NCBI GenBank assembly: GCA_951406725.2
Contig: OX597833.1
Span: forward strand, 3,100,001-3,164,000
From: Octopus vulgaris
Taxonomy: Eukaryota
Length of the DNA stretch: 64,000 nt
Direction of reading: 5' to 3'
The notes under the pieces were generated by a model that was not told where the DNA came from, ran no database searches, and saw nothing but the letters and a program-made list of their open reading frames with translations. Of the stretch, positions 63,447-64,000 are shown one piece after another. Numbering within the stretch: the first letter of the stretch is position 1; each line of letters starts with the position of its first letter. A program made the position numbers and the translations under genes.

Positions 63447-63905
63447 GGGAGAGAGAAAGAGACAGGTAAAGAGAGAAAGAGATAGGGAGAGAGAAAGAGA
63501 TAGGGAAAGAGAAAGAGATAGGGAGAGAAAGGAGAAAGAGAGATAGGGAGAGAGAGAAAGAGAGATAGGGAGAGAGAGAGAGAGAGATAGGGAGAGAGAG
63601 AGAAAGAGAGATAGGGAGAGTGAGAGAAAGAGAGATAGGGAGAGAGAAAGAGAAAGAGAGATAGCGAGAGAGAAAGAGGGAGAAAGAGAGATAGCGAGAG
63701 AGAAAGAGGGAGAAAGAGAGATAAGGAAAGAGAAAGACAGATAAGGAGAGAGAAAGAGAGATAGGGAGAGAGAAAGAGAGATAGGGAGAGAAAGAGGGTG
63801 AGCTAAAGACAGAGAGACCGGGTAAGGAGAGAGAAAGAGAAACAAAGACAGAGAGGGAAGAAGAGACAGAGAGAACAGGGGGGACAGGGAGACAGAGAGA
63901 GAAAG
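63447..63905. repeat. GA-rich minisatellite-like tract (AGAAAGAGAGATAGGGAG variants)
   Basis: Direct inspection. Confidence 0.9.
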
Positions 63906-64000
63906 GAGGGGGACAGGAAGAGAAAAATTAGTGTGGGGACGGGTTCCAAACTGCATCCCCCCTACACACACACAGATGATACTCAACAGCAATAATTCCT

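Noticed and set aside
52912-64000. APP signal-peptide exon 1 and promoter
   Set aside because: No convincing ATG-hydrophobic exon with a phase-0 donor found; probably outside the window

Overview
Eukaryotic, intron-rich, AT-rich DNA crowded with microsatellites and transposon relics. The repeat families and the protein suggest an octopus or other coleoid cephalopod; this is an inference and was not verified. One protein-coding gene is well supported: an amyloid precursor protein (APP/APPL) orthologue on the minus strand. I assembled 10 coding exons (52911 down to 29647) with canonical GT-AG boundaries and consistent phases, giving 622 aa: GFLD, CuBD, E2, acidic/Gln-rich linker, TM helix and YENPTY tail. 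The signal-peptide exon 1 was not found and probably lies beyond 64000. The rest is three or more SINE families, RTE/CR1/R4-Dong LINE 3' fragments, non-autonomous Helitrons, piggyBac/hAT/mariner MITEs and a fossil DD37D (maT) transposon. Main observations: (i) several minimal type-I hammerhead-ribozyme motifs in Penelope-like inverted repeats, one of them attached to a tRNA-like SINE head; (ii) tandem arrays of a hairpin/pseudoknot-like module in an RTE-type SINE; (iii) a candidate ~7.8 kb APP 3'UTR; (iv) loss of the copper ligands plus an extra Cys in the APP CuBD; (v) a candidate 3-nt microexon; (vi) a possible small convergent plus-strand gene. Most ORFs in the supplied track are microsatellite or SINE artefacts. 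Repeat boundaries are approximate unless a terminus or TSD is quoted.
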